From NCBI GenBank assembly GCA_965202585.1, contig OZ241826.1, positions 87,792,001 to 87,856,000 on the forward strand: 64,000 nucleotides of DNA. The letters are read 5' to 3'. The DNA comes from Thalia democratica. Lineage: Eukaryota. Position 1 is the first letter of the stretch. Each line of letters opens with the position of its first letter. Below the pieces are notes generated by a model. That model ran no database searches. It was given only the letters and a program-made list of their open reading frames with translations, and was not told the origin of the DNA. Below, in pieces: positions 36,583 to 49,680 of the stretch. Position numbers and translations under genes: made by a program.

Positions 36583-37477
36583 AATTTATTTATTATATTA
36601 TAAATATATTACTACTATTAATTTATAAATTTAAATGAGGTGGTAGAAAAATAAAATTTCTTTAGTTTCATTAGTTACCATCGAATCGAGCTTCATTCGT
36701 ATGAAGTATATTTACAAATATTGATACATTGGTATGTTTTATAAACTAAAAAGTTAGTGTAAAATTTCAATAATTACTACTAAACAAGTTTTTCCCAATA
36801 ATATTAATAGCTATAACCTAATGCTTTCAGTTTAGCAAGAGTTTTGTTGTTTTAGACGCATTTTGTTCAATTTATGGTTGTAATCTGCAGTTTTTTGAAG
36901 GTTTATTTTTAATGCTGAACAGAAATTTCTATAGAAAACATTGAAATATGAAAAAAAAAAAAGTTTTTCATTCTAATTTTAAGGCCGCAAAAACTACAAT
37001 TCTTTCACTGTTTCAAATTAATGATGATAATTATAAACTTACTAAATACAATTTTTAATTTTTAAGTGTTGATAATTTTATGTTACATGGATATATTGAT
37101 ATATATGATTTTAATATTATTTTAGCTAATTGTTATAAAAATATAAGTAAGTATGTACCACTCGTTTGTAGGGTTAACTTAGTTCTTAAACCAAATTTTT
37201 CAAGAGCATCATTGTTTTTCATTAAAATTTATTTAATAAACTTATTATGAACTTCTATTTTAGGAAAACAAAAGTTAAGTTGCAAATAGAAATATTTTTA
37301 TTTCCTTTTTTTTTTTGTATGTACACTTGTTTGTTTGTTTCGTGATATGGTGTAAAATTTAATTATTAATATAATAGTTTTAACGGACGGTTTAAACACC
37401 TTTTTTAGGTTTTAGGTAATTAAACTCACGCGTTACATTCTTTTTATAACTAAAATTAATAAAAGGTTCAATTATTA

Positions 37478-37538
37478 GATTTGATTTTAGTATCTATTGT
37501 TAACAAGTTATGCGCTTTAGCCAACTACGCCATGGGAA
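37478..37538 (-). pseudogene. Degenerate tRNA-like relic (possibly Asn-GTT-like) or SINE head
   Basis: Minus strand CCCATGGCGTAGTTGGCTAAAGCGC (A box) ... TTGTTAA loop ... ATCAAATC (decayed B box). Confidence 0.4.
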
Positions 37539-38894
37539 ATCGAACGTTAATGCTTATATGATCTAATTGAATTATTACGTCATAATTAAACGCGATGTCC
37601 TCGTTTAAAATGACTTTTTGAATTTTAAAACAATTTAGGTTTGTCATGCGATTATTGCTGGAATTTTACATGAAATTGAAACCAACTACTTTACCTAAGT
37701 TAAAAAAAAGTTTATTTTCATTCTGTTATTTTAAACTTGTATAATTTAACTAATGTTACTTCAGTTTTGTTTAGTGTTTAATGTTATATATCACTTCCTA
37801 TCATTGAAAAAAATAAATGGAGATTATTTATATTTCTTAATGCTAAAAAACAATTAAACATATTTAAAGCCCTTAATCTTTAAAAAAAAGTTATTGTTTG
37901 AAAATATTTAATATGGAATTCCGTAATCAACATAAACTTTTGAAAAAATTGTTTATATTCAAATAAAACTTAAACTGCTGCCAAAAAAAAAATTTCACTT
38001 TTTTTAACATTTTATGGCTATTTACTTTAAAGTCCGATTTGATTTTTTAACAACATAACATTTAAACCTCAAAGTTTTTTAAACATAATTTTATTTTTTC
38101 TTTATTTTGTTTAGCTTTTTTACAAAGCACTATTTAGAAATAGTTTATAAACAACTGTTTTCGTACTTCGGTAGTCTATTACTCAATATTTCTGAATTTT
38201 TTTGTAGAAAATCATATATTTGTAGTATCAGTAAACAATTTGTTACATGCGTTTTATAAAAAGTTGTTATTTATAATAGCATTTTATAAGATAAACAAAA
38301 ATTGAAACAGATTAAATTCTTTCTCAAAATTAAAATAAAAGAGGGTTATTTGAAATTTATAAACTAAAATAAAAAATTTGTACTAAAAACTTGAATTATC
38401 TACTAATTATTAAAGTTTTAATTTGTTTCCTAATAATCATTTTTAGTATTATATTTAGGCTTACTGCTTTTAATTTTAGCCTCAAAGGTAAGAAAACAAT
38501 TAGTCTTGAAAAATAATGTTAAGATTAAAATATTTTTTTTAATACAATATACTTTATTATATTTCTATACCTCCAAACTATAAATTAACTAAAATTATTA
38601 TTTAAATTATCATCATTTATTTATATTTAAAGGAAAATAGTCTACAAAATCTACTTATAAAATCAAAACATAGAATAAAATACGTAACCAAATACAATTT
38701 TGTTGCAGAAAACACTTTAAATTTAATTCAAAAAGTGATTTTCGCTGATTGAAAGTGAAAACAGTTTGTACCAAACGACAAACTTACGATTTACTTTCTC
38801 ACGTTCTCTCGCATCTACCAAGCTACACTAAATATTTATTTATAGTATTTAGTGCTAAAAATTTATAAACGCACTACTTATATGCTTGACGTGT

Positions 38895-38966
38895 GGTCCT
38901 ATGGTGTAATGGTTAGCACACAGGACTCTGAATCCTGTGATCCGAGTTCAAGTCTCGGTAGGACCT
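38895..38966 (+). tRNA. tRNA-Gln(CTG)
   Basis: Perfect acceptor stem GGTCCTA/TAGGACC, anticodon arm CAGGA-CTCTGAA-TCCTG, T arm CCGAG-TTCAAGT-CTCGG. Confidence 0.95.
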
Positions 38967-40660
38967 GTTTTGTTTTAAATTAGGTTACGATGTATATTTT
39001 ATTTATTAAAAAAAAAATAAATCCTAGAGTTCACTACGTAAAAATGGTTACAAAACATAATTTTAGTAAAAATTTGTTTATAGGTCCAATAAAGCTCATT
39101 ATAAAATTAGTTAAATTATTTTGATCATTGCTAACAATAAAAAAATAAATTGTATTTCTATTGAAATGAAGTCAGAAAACTAATGTGATATATGCTTTTT
39201 TTTATCAATCTTATAACTTTTTTCTTTTAAACTTTATATGCATTTTTAATAGATTGAGTGAATCTTGCTTACGCTTATAATTTGTAAAATTATCTTAGTA
39301 ATTTTTTTTATATATATAAGAGTTAAATATATTATATGAACTTAAACGTGTAAAGAGAATTTTCTTGCCAACATACTTAATAGAATTCTTAAAGTTTATT
39401 AATTTAAAAAATAATAATATTTTAGTTGTTAGTTTCGAACTAAGTTTTTTTTTCGCACTATTTTGCTTCTCGTACAAAACTTCATCATACTTTGTTTTTT
39501 CTGTTAAATAATGTTTTTACAATTAATTATTTTCTAGTTTAAACAGCTTATAATTATATGCAAAAGCCTAAATAAAACAACTATACTGTTTTTTATATTT
39601 GTTAAAGTTTGTAAAAAATTATTTAAAATATTTTTTAGTGGGTTCAGTGAATATTGAATTAGTTGATCAAGTTTTATTTTCTGTATATATATATTCAGGA
39701 AAACTTTAGAATTAAGAAAATATTCATCAACAAACTGCATCAAAAATTCGAAAACTTCAACAAATTTAAAATATTGTGGCAATTATTAAATGTTCATAAT
39801 TTTTGTAGTTGAGTTAAAGTATTTTTTTATTTTATGCATTTATACACTTTGGACAAATTAAAAATCACGTCATTATTTTTTTTTTTAATTTGTTTGTTTC
39901 TGTAGTAATAGTTTAAGTACATAGTTCTACTTAAAATAAATAAAGTTTGAAGCACCATGCTCAATTAAAGTATTGTTCCTTTTCTTTTTAATTTATTCAC
40001 CTTGTATAAATACTTAGCAAAGTATAACGTAAATATATATATATATATATCGATATAAATGTATACTGTTTAATGTAAATATATTCTAGTCTTTATGTTG
40101 AGTTTTTAAATAAAAGTTATTTTAATATAACCATCACTTTAAATTTGAAAATTTATAAACATTAATTTTTGATTAATGTACTTTTTTTTAGTCAAGACAG
40201 TCTGAAAAAGCTTTAAACTTAACATTCAAATAAGTTTTAGAGTTAGTTTTAATTTTTCGAAACCTTATAAATTAATACACATTTATTTTTACATAATGTG
40301 CAACAAAAAAATTTAAAGTTTGAAAAATACAAGATTAATAAAACATTTTATTTAAACGTTTATTTTCGCACATGAGTCTAAATAGTTTCTGCAAAACTTC
40401 GAGGTTGTTTTTGTATTAAAGCGTTTTAATTATTTCTGCAATAAAAAAATAAGTAGCAAAACAAAGTTTAAAAATAAAACTTTGCTAATGAACAAAAACT
40501 TAGATTAGTTACATAAAACTGTTAAGTATTTGTTACATCGACGACAAGCTACAGACAAGGAATGTTATATACTTTTCTCTTAAACACTTTAGCACGCACA
40601 ATATATAGATGTTTACTTAGGTGTAAGTATATAATTTTTAAAACTTGTTCTCAGATGCCT

Positions 40661-40732
40661 TCCCAGGTGGTCTAGTGGTTAGGATTCGTTGATCTCACCC
40701 ACGCGGCCCGGGTTCGATTCCCGGTCTGGGAA
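40661..40732 (+). tRNA. tRNA-Glu(CTC), variant or possible pseudogene
   Basis: Acceptor and T arms are intact and followed by a T6 terminator. The anticodon stem has a U30-C40 mismatch and A32. Confidence 0.7.
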
Positions 40733-43700
40733 CATTTTTTATTTTAATGTTTCAAAAAAAATCAACTTTTATAAATGTTGAAATATATTAATGTTTCAAT
40801 AATGAAACATTTTAAACGAAACTCGTTTTAATTTAATAACAAATTTCTCTACTAAGAATTCAGAGTAAAACATTGTATTTAATGGCTTTCAAAACTGTAT
40901 TGAACTAATACTAAACTAAAAAATTTGTAATAATTTTAAACCAAACGACGTTTTATAAACTATCATATTAAAATTTGATTGCAATTGTCTGTATTATTAC
41001 ATTAACTAAAAGTTAAAAAGTTCCCACAAAAAGCTCGTTTCAGGTTTAAAAAATTAATTGTTCAAAATGTTTTGTTATTGTTTAAATTAGATGTTATGAA
41101 AAAAAATAATTTAAGGTTTTTTAGAATTACTTTCACATTTATACTTTAAACATTATTACACTATATAGTGACTGATGAACTTTTTTTAGAAACATTGTTA
41201 CCGTAACAACTGTTTCAAACAAATAATTATGTTTTGTTTTAGTTTAAATATTTATATAAACTTAATTCCATTTTTATGACATTTAAAAACACCTATTAAC
41301 TTTTTTATCAATTTTAAAATAGTACTTTTGAAAATTGTTATTCGACACACAAATTTGAAAAATGTTTTAAATTTAATTTTTTTAAGTAAAAAATAAATCT
41401 TATAAGTTGATAAATAATTACAGGTAAATCTACAACGTTAACAAAATAAATATTCTATGTATAATCTGCAAATAGTGTTTCAGATATTATTATTAATTTA
41501 TTAGTCGTCAATAACTGAAAACTTTTCTTAAAAAAAGTATTCATCATTAAATTTAAATTGAATAACTCTATGTATAGAACAGTTTTTGAAATGAACTTTA
41601 GTTGCTGTTATTGAGAAGTACGTAATGATCATTTCTAGCTGTACTTCTAAATTTTTTGTAATTAAGAAAAAATGTTTTTTTACAAATGAAAATACTTGTG
41701 ACAAAAAACGCAATTTTATTCAACTCAGAATTCAACTCTAGAAAGTTAGAATAGATAGTGAAATAATACTTGTTCTCTACTAAAAATTATCAGTTTACTG
41801 TCTAAACAAATAGTTAACTTATATGCTTGACAGTGGTTAAAAAACGGTAATAATTATAATCCTAATTTTAACAGAATAATTATAATTATTTTCAAAGACT
41901 GTACAGTTTGTGATTTAAATACTTAGTATTATTTTAGTTTTAAATAAGATTACAACTTCATATAAAACAAACTTTTTTCTGTTCTTAAAATAGCTATTTT
42001 TTTTTCCAGACATTTACGGAATTGTAAGAGGTCAGATTTTTTTCGTCGTATTCAACAATATTCTGCTTTAAAAGAAACTATTAAAAAAAAAACATATAAT
42101 ATACCAAATCTTACTTATAGTTTATATAACTGAATAACAGAAAAGAGTTTATAATGTTTTATTATTTTCTTTAAGTCTTTATATGCTAAATTTAAAGAAA
42201 AAATTTATTAACTTAGTTATACGCTATCTGTAGGTAGCTGACTAAAATTTAAAAGTACAAATAGTTAATTGAGCCGCGAATTCAAATAAAGTGTTGATTG
42301 GAAAGGGAGTTTTTACAGTATAAAGCATTTTTCTTTTCAAAGGGTATAAAAATGACTAATCATGTATAAGTTTAAAATTAAGTATAAAGGTATGAACTTT
42401 TCAATTTTATAATTTGTTCAGTTGCAATTAAAAACACATATTAAATCTGTGTTTTAAGTATTGTTGTAGAATTCTTCTAGGTTAACTTAAAAAAAACTAT
42501 TTATTATTTTTAACTCACTCATCCTTTTTTTTCTTTTAAACAGGGTTTGCACACACTCAGGATACTCTGGATAACTCAGAATATTTTGAATTATTTTTAG
42601 TTTTAAGTTGACTCTGATTCCTCAAGCCATTTTATATATTTTTTAAATGTGGAATTTTTAATGATTTTAGTATAATCTTAGTCCACTTTATTTCTAAATC
42701 TTGAATGATTTTTACTTGTTTGAAGTTCTGTTTTGTTTAAAAACTTTAAAAAATTGATTTAATTTGATACAATATAACTAATTTTCTTTATAAACTTAAC
42801 TTTTCTAGACTTTAAAAAGTTTTTTTTATTTTATATTAAAAAAAAAATATTTTGGGAAGTTTCAGGAAAGCTTGAAAAATCAATACAAAACTAAGAATTT
42901 TAAACTAGTTTACTTTAGTATTCTTAAAAGTACACTTAAACATGCTAAAGGACACACTAAATAAAAAAAATATATTTAACAGCTTAAGATAAATAAACAT
43001 AAACAATTAAACAAAGTTAAATTTATAAAGAACTAACTAATAAGTTTGAACTTTTTTGTTTAATATAAAAGGCTAAATACTTAGTATATACAATAAAGAA
43101 GTAGTAGTTGCACATTTATAAAAAGTACAACCAGATACTTTATTTTCCCGAAGCATTTTTATATGAAAATAACACATTTGTACCAAATTAACAAAAATTA
43201 ATAAATAATATACTGAAAGAAAAGGCTTATTTAAGTAAAAATAAGTATTAACATAAATATTAAAATAAAAGAATCAGTAATTTTTTTTTTTCTTATGTTT
43301 TTTATTGGAATTTCGTTGATTTTTACTAATACTTACAGTATTCAAGTTAAATCTTTTCAGTTTAGTTAAATCTAAACTATTCAGTTTAGTTAAAAAGTTA
43401 AATTAAATCTAAACTTTTCAGTTTACTTAAATCTTTTCAGAAAAAATTCCACCTTCCAACACGATACCACATCCTGCAGTAACTTCTTTTACATTCTCTT
43501 TGCTCTTTAAAAAAATGAACTATGCCACTGACTGTAGTTGTATACATTCTTTTTTCAATTTTATTTCCTCTTAACTAATATTTGTTGCAGGAAAAACTGT
43601 AAAATTGATTGAAAAAAACCTTATATTTGTTTTTAATAAAATCAAACTCCGATAAAGAATATTCTAGAGATTTCAATCCTAATTTTATCAAAAATAATAA

Positions 43701-44688
43701 TCAAAAAATAAAATCCAACGACGTGTAATGTATAGGGGTAACAGAGATAGAAAAAATTGAAGCCAAATACACTCATTTAATCAGGAATTCCTAAACTTTT
43801 TTTAAATTGCCTTCTTTAAAGAAATTAAAAAGGCTATGGCCTTCCACAACAAGACTACTCAATAAAGACTTTTTTTGCTCTTCATCTGAAACTCAAGAAT
43901 ATCTAGTTTAAGTTTCAAAGTTTCATGACGGCACAAAATTCTAAAAACGTTCCCCCACTCATTCCGCCACTTAACTTGTTATTGCTCCCCGACTTACTAA
44001 AATACCACCCATTCTTCGAATCCCTGATTAAAAAAAAACAAAGCTATGTAAGCAGGGGAATTTGATTGATTATTATTTTTATTTAAATAATTATTGCTCT
44101 TATGTTATGTATATTTATGTTTATTTAAAATTTTAATTAAATTTTAGTTTTGTGTTTTGCTTGATTAACTAATTTCTGATGCAATTATAAGGTTATATAA
44201 GTTTAAATTTTCTTTATTTTGTAACAATCGTAGCACTTTGATGAAAGTTTATAATAAAAGACCTTATTTGGTTTTAATCCAGTACAGTAGCAGACTTATA
44301 TTTAAAACCTGTAGTTTTTTGTTATTAAACATATTTTTTTTTTTTAATAAATTTAAGTCTCTTTTCAACCTAATTCAAAATTGTGAATAGAAATGAGAAA
44401 ATAACTTGTAATCTAAAAAACTTTTAAGAATATAAGAAATGTTGGAAAATATTTGCTACTCAGAACAAACTCTGGCTAGTTTGATTTTGGTCTTGCTTAT
44501 TTTTCATCTTTAGTTAGATATTCTATTAAATAGGACAAAAATATTTGCTTGTATAAAACCTAGAAAACCACTAGAAAACCTAAAAGAAAATAAAAAGCCT
44601 TAAAGTTTTTAAATCACTATTGGTTATCCGGCAAAAATATACACACAATATTAACTCTACTTTTAAATTGACGAAAATAAAGCATTAT

Positions 44689-45069
44689 TAGAGTTGCCAT
44701 ACACTCAAAATTATTAGAATTTTTTTTAAATTTCAGTTTTACTCCGGAAAACCCAGGTTATTTTGAATTTTGTTTTTTAATTTAGTTAGTTTTGTTGTTG
44801 TTTTCATAAAACTCACTCCGGTAGTTATAGGTTTTTAAAATAAGCTCAGGACAAATTTTTCCTATACTTTAAATGATTTTTAGTTATATTGTTTTCATTA
44901 TTTTGTATTTTATAACTAGTTTTCCTGAATTTAGATTTTATTAATTTATAAAAATACGATAACTTTTGTTAATATTTAAAAACTCAGGGTGGCTCCGGGC
45001 AGTAAAAAAGCTTTAAGGTCATCTTTCGGTCACTGAGGACTTTTTTTGACTTAAATAGTAGCAACCCTG
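44689..45069. mobile_element. Decayed CAGGGTTGC-family MITE
   Basis: Starts TAGAGTTGCCA, ends GCAACCCTG; flanks CATTAT / CAATAT (5 of 6 match). Confidence 0.55.
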
Positions 45070-45567
45070 CAATATTATTAACACAACATAGGTTAAAATT
45101 AAAACGCTGAAATTATATTCCAAAAAGATTTCTTCGTTCATATTATATGAATTTATAAAAGAAAATTGCTATTCAAGTTTTTTACTTTCAATTTATTTTA
45201 TAGGTTTACTTAAAGTTGTCGGATTTTAAGATGAAACATAATTTGATTTGTTTATTTCTACATATATCTAGTAAACAAATTTTTCATAAACTTAAATAAT
45301 TGCAATGAGTTTTTTGCTACTTAAATAAACTAAGTTGTGATTTGAAAAATAGAATAATTGTTTTTAAACATAATTTAGATTTTAATAAACAAATAGAACT
45401 AAGAACATAAAGCAACCTTAATAGCAAATCTAATGATAAACGACTGAAAAATATTCATAGTAAAATATATAGAAAATTTGAAATCGATAAACATAATTTT
45501 TAATAACATGAAGTTTAATTTATAAACTTAAAACATTAAAGTATTATTACAGCTTTCTGTTTAAACA

Positions 45568-47838
45568 ATGTCTGATTTTTACAACAACAAAGCAGCATGC
45601 GATGAGTTTTTAACAAGAGTTGTTAACCTGATTAAAAGGAGAGTAAGCAGTCTGAAGGGTGTTTATTCAGTTGCAAGCGACACTGCTAACATCAAGTTTA
45701 AAGAAAGGGGTGGCATTTACAACGGTAGAAGTTACTGCGGAATTCAAATTTGTATCAAGCGGGAAAACCAAGTTCCAATGAGAAGCAATAAACTTCCTTA
45801 TGGATGTTAGTTTATAATTTAAAACCTTAGGTTATACAAGCTTTAAAAATATTAATGTACATTGAACCTTAAAAAAACTTAATATTTATTATATAAAAAA
45901 AAATATTGTTAAAATGTTTTGATAATTTTAATTACCTTAGGTTATTCAAGTTTTTGTAAAGTAATAATGTACATTGAACTTTTAAAACACTTAATATTTG
46001 TTTTTACAGTTTTTTGTTACCAATTGTTTATAGTTCGTTGTTTATTTAATAAATAAAATTGATACTTATAATCAGTGTTGCCGAAGACTAAACCAGGAAA
46101 ACTCAAGATGTTTTGAGTTTTTTTTATAAACTTGATCTGGTTTCGCATTATTTTTGTATATAAAAAACTCGGGAAAGTTAAGGGAATCTCTTGAACTTCA
46201 CGCTTTTTTTTAGTTAAATCAGATTTAGTTAGCTAATTTTGAAAATGTTGTTATGTTATAACTGATTTAGTTTGGAGCTTCATTTAAATAAATTTAAAAA
46301 AAAAAACATTTATATAAGGCTTTGTATATACCAAGGATAACTCAACAAAGTTAACAGTCAGTCATTACAGTTATTATGATCTAAAAAATGGCAACCCTGC
46401 ATAACACCGAGAACATATTTTAATCAAAATGTTCTATTTTAACCACTAAAACACTTTTCTTTTAGACAAAATCAACTAAATGAACATTTACATTTTTTAT
46501 TTATTTTAGGTGCTTATTATCCAGTGTTTCCCATCGTATCCGGCCGGTTGTTAGTGGAAGGATACTATGGTGAGTTGGTTGTGAGAAATGCTGACTGTCA
46601 AGATCCTATATTTCTTTGGAGTTCTCAAGATGAATTGCTTGACAGCATTAAAAGTTTGAACGAAAATTCCAATGTTAGTATTCAAATTAATTAAACTTAA
46701 GTTTGTCTCACAGCACATTATTTAGCTATCAATTTTTTATTTCAAGTAGGATAGATAATTCAACCAGGGAGTATAAGATATATATATCAAGCAGTTAAAT
46801 GTATATTAAGCTAATCTATACTCAACTTTATTACTATAAGTACCAGCGTTTTCCAAATGCTAATAATTTAAAAAATTAAAACTAGTTGAGGTTTTAAAAA
46901 ACAATAAGAAATAAAAAAAATTAACTAAACCTACGACAAACGACAACAGCATTTAAAACAACCTACGACCGGTTTCTTTTTTATCATCAATTAAAAACAA
47001 AAATAAAAATCACTATTCAATTTTTGTACTGTAAATTTGTGCTTATTAGAATGCATTCGAAGTAAAATACAACTATACTTAATAGTGTCTTTTAAAGAAA
47101 AAATCCAACACTAAGATTAATAAAAATTTTGTTATCAGCAAATATCATTGCAGTTTTCTTCTGACAAACCTGATTTTTACAACGACAAAGAAGCTCGCGA
47201 TAATTTTTTAAAGGAGGTTCTTGACAAACTCCACTACGAATTGAACATTCCGGTTTTGGTGGATTCTGAAAATAACTTTGTTGGCACTTATCTAGTTGCA
47301 AGCGACATTGCTAACATAAGGTTTCTCGAGAAGGATGGAAGCTACGACGGTAGAGGCTACTGCGGAATTCAAATTTCTATACTGTCAAGATTCCAAGCTC
47401 CTGTGAGGAGCAAGAAGTTTCATAATGAGCGTTAGTTAAGTTTTAATTGATAATTTAATGTTCGGTATCATAAGGTGTTAAAAAGTAAAGATATACGTAG
47501 ATTTTTTAAATAAAAACTTTAGTTTGAAAAACAAAGCTGTTTTTTTTAACTATTGTTGACTTTTTTTGTCCCCAACAGTCGCTAGTTGTTTTTATGTTTG
47601 AAGTAAATTTAAAAAATACCAACTTTTTAACTAACAATTTTTATTCAAAACAAAACCAGCTAAATAAACATTTACTTTAGGAACTGCCTCAGCGTTTCCC
47701 GTCATATCTGGCAGATTGTTGACTCGTCGCCTTGGGTATCAGGAGTTCGTTGCGAGGGAAGATAGTCAAGATCCATTTTTCCTGTGGACTTCTTACGAAG
47801 ATTTAATTGAAAAAATTAGAAAGTTGAATGAAAATTGA
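45568..47838 (+). CDS. Uncharacterised 278-aa protein with two tandem ~135-aa homologous domains. Exons 45568-45805, 46510-46673, 47154-47430, 47681-47838
   Basis: All three introns begin GTTAGT and end AG, with phases 1, 0, 1 joining in frame. The halves share DFYN.K.A.D.FL, G.Y.VASD.ANI.F, G.Y.GR.YCGIQI, P.RS.K, FP..SGRLL and QDP.FLW, with an intron at the same position and phase in each half. Codon-like GC enrichment over the flanks. Confidence 0.8.
46073..46399. mobile_element. Decayed CAGGGTTGC-family MITE in intron 1 of the tandem-domain gene
   Basis: CAGTGTTGCC ... GGCAACCCTG termini. Confidence 0.55.
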
Positions 47839-49140
47839 TGAAGTAAACCTGATTGTAATATGACGTTATATGTGATTATATGTTGAAACTTTAAAACTAA
47901 TTAAGTTTTAATTATAAACTTGATTGTTAATTGGCAGTATTTAAATGACAATATATATTCAAAATTAATTATTATGCATTTAGTCTACTTTTAACAAACG
48001 ACAAATTATAGCAAAAGCAAGTAATTTTTCAGTTGATTTAGTATGTTACAAATATTTATTTCTCATTTATTTACTACTGTGCCTAAGTTGCATTTTATAC
48101 AGTAATAAACCTAGAATTAGAATATAGTAGTTTTCCTTATCAACGTATATTGTATGCAATCCGTACGTTTAAGCATTTTCAAGTAATCCCATGTGTGTAG
48201 CAAAAGTTTTCTATTCAGACAATTTCTAAGTGTTAATGAAAGTAGTTTTGAAGAAAAACTTTTCAAATTTATAGTTTAAATATTTACTTATTTTTTGATA
48301 ATAAACAGAACATAAAAGCATTGCTGAGCAATGAGATTGATTTTATTTTGTTTTTGATTTACTAACGGCTTCAAAACATATGAAACATAATTCGGTTTTT
48401 TTTTTATAGTTTTTTTATTTAATTTATTTTTTATTTATTTCTGCTTTTTTCATTAGCTTTTGTGTTGTTTTTTTAATGTTAAAATTAGTTTTAATCAGGT
48501 TAACTTAAAAAAAAACGATCCTAAAATAAAGTATACTTCAAACTTTAAGCTGCTTAAAAAGTTACGTAGATTCAATTTAAAAAATACTTGTTTAAGCTTT
48601 CAAAAATATATGCACTATAATTTGTTGTTTTAAAAAAACTTTTGCGTAATTTCTTACAATATTATGTAATAAAATTTAAAAAAAATTATTCGTTAAAAAA
48701 GATAGGAAAAAGATAGTGATCTATTTTTTAATTAATAACTTATATATAAAAGTAACTATTATAAAATAATAAAAGTATATATTTATTAAAGTAACTACAA
48801 AAATAATTGTAAATAACTTTTATATAAATAAATAAAATACATTATTTAGACATAACCTTCAAATTAGTTTCTTTTTACTGAAAAGATAAAATACATTTAA
48901 AATAATTTATACCTAATAAATTTACACCATGAGTAAATATCCAACCGTTTTTCCGTAAAAATTTTTAAGATTTGTTTTGTTTTAGTTTTGTTTTAATTTT
49001 AGATACAACTGAAGAGTTTTTGCATCATTTTTCTTTCTAATAAACTTCTTTTAAGGGTTATTCCTAACGAACTGTGAAAACAGATAAGATACAATAAAGT
49101 TAATAAGCTGGTTTGATTAGTGAAGATAAAAACGAATGTG

Positions 49141-49213
49141 ACCCCAAACCGGAGATCGAACCCTAGCCGCGGTAGAAAGAACCACAAATGCTAACTATTA
49201 CGCAACTTAAACT
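49141..49213 (-). pseudogene. Degenerate tRNA-Glu-like relic or SINE head
   Basis: Minus strand TTGCGTAATAGTTAGCATTTGTGGTTCTTTCTACCGCGGCTAGGGTTCGATCTCCGGTTTGGGG aligns with the tRNA-Glu copies; B box GGTTCGATC retained. Confidence 0.55.
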
Positions 49214-49646
49214 GGACACAACCACTTATTACGTATTTCAGCCTATGCTTGTGTGTACTGCTACATGCACATGCGAAAGTGTTTAGGAGAACATTGTTAC
49301 TGTTCTATGCAAATTAACTTGTTATCATTTGATTTGGTGTGTCTCTTGTTTTTATTCCTTTAAGGTTTCTTAGTAATTAAACACATAACAAACCCGCTAA
49401 ACTGCTGAAACAAAGGCATTAATTAAGCTATTATGTTAGTTATATTACAACACGATAATACTTAGAACAAACGAAATCTAACAAATTACTTCCAGTTTTA
49501 ATTGGTTTAATTTTTTAGACAAACTAACTAAATAAATTTTTATCAAACGAAACAAATACACTAAAATTTTCGTGAAAGGAAGAGTTACAATTTGAATAAA
49601 AATTGCTTCAGCTTTCAGAAAAACGTTCAATGAAATTATTGAGTAT

Positions 49647-49680
49647 TCCTGTGATCCGAGTTCAAGTCTCTGTAGGACCT
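49647..49680 (+). pseudogene. 3' half of tRNA-Gln at the start of the duplicated block
   Basis: TCCTGTGATCCGAGTTCAAGTCTCTGTAGGACCT matches 38933-38966 with one mismatch; the 5' half is absent. Confidence 0.85.

Larger units (their letters stand above)
38890..41500 (+). repeat. Direct segmental duplication with about 49640-52150 (tRNA-Gln to tRNA-Glu block)
   Basis: Colinear anchors include the tRNA-Gln 3' half, ccaataaagctcattataaaatta, gaaatgaagtcag, cttcatcatactttgtttt, tRNA-Glu and aattccatttttatgaca. Confidence 0.85.

Noticed and set aside
35216-41713. Short ORFs (60-82 aa) rich in K/N/F/I/L
   Set aside because: Non-ATG starts, AT-driven composition, no splice or paralog support.
43320-44060. 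Short ~20-bp tandem repeat and GC-richer patches as a gene or named transposon
   Set aside because: No sustained reading frame or recognisable termini; probably decayed repeat DNA.
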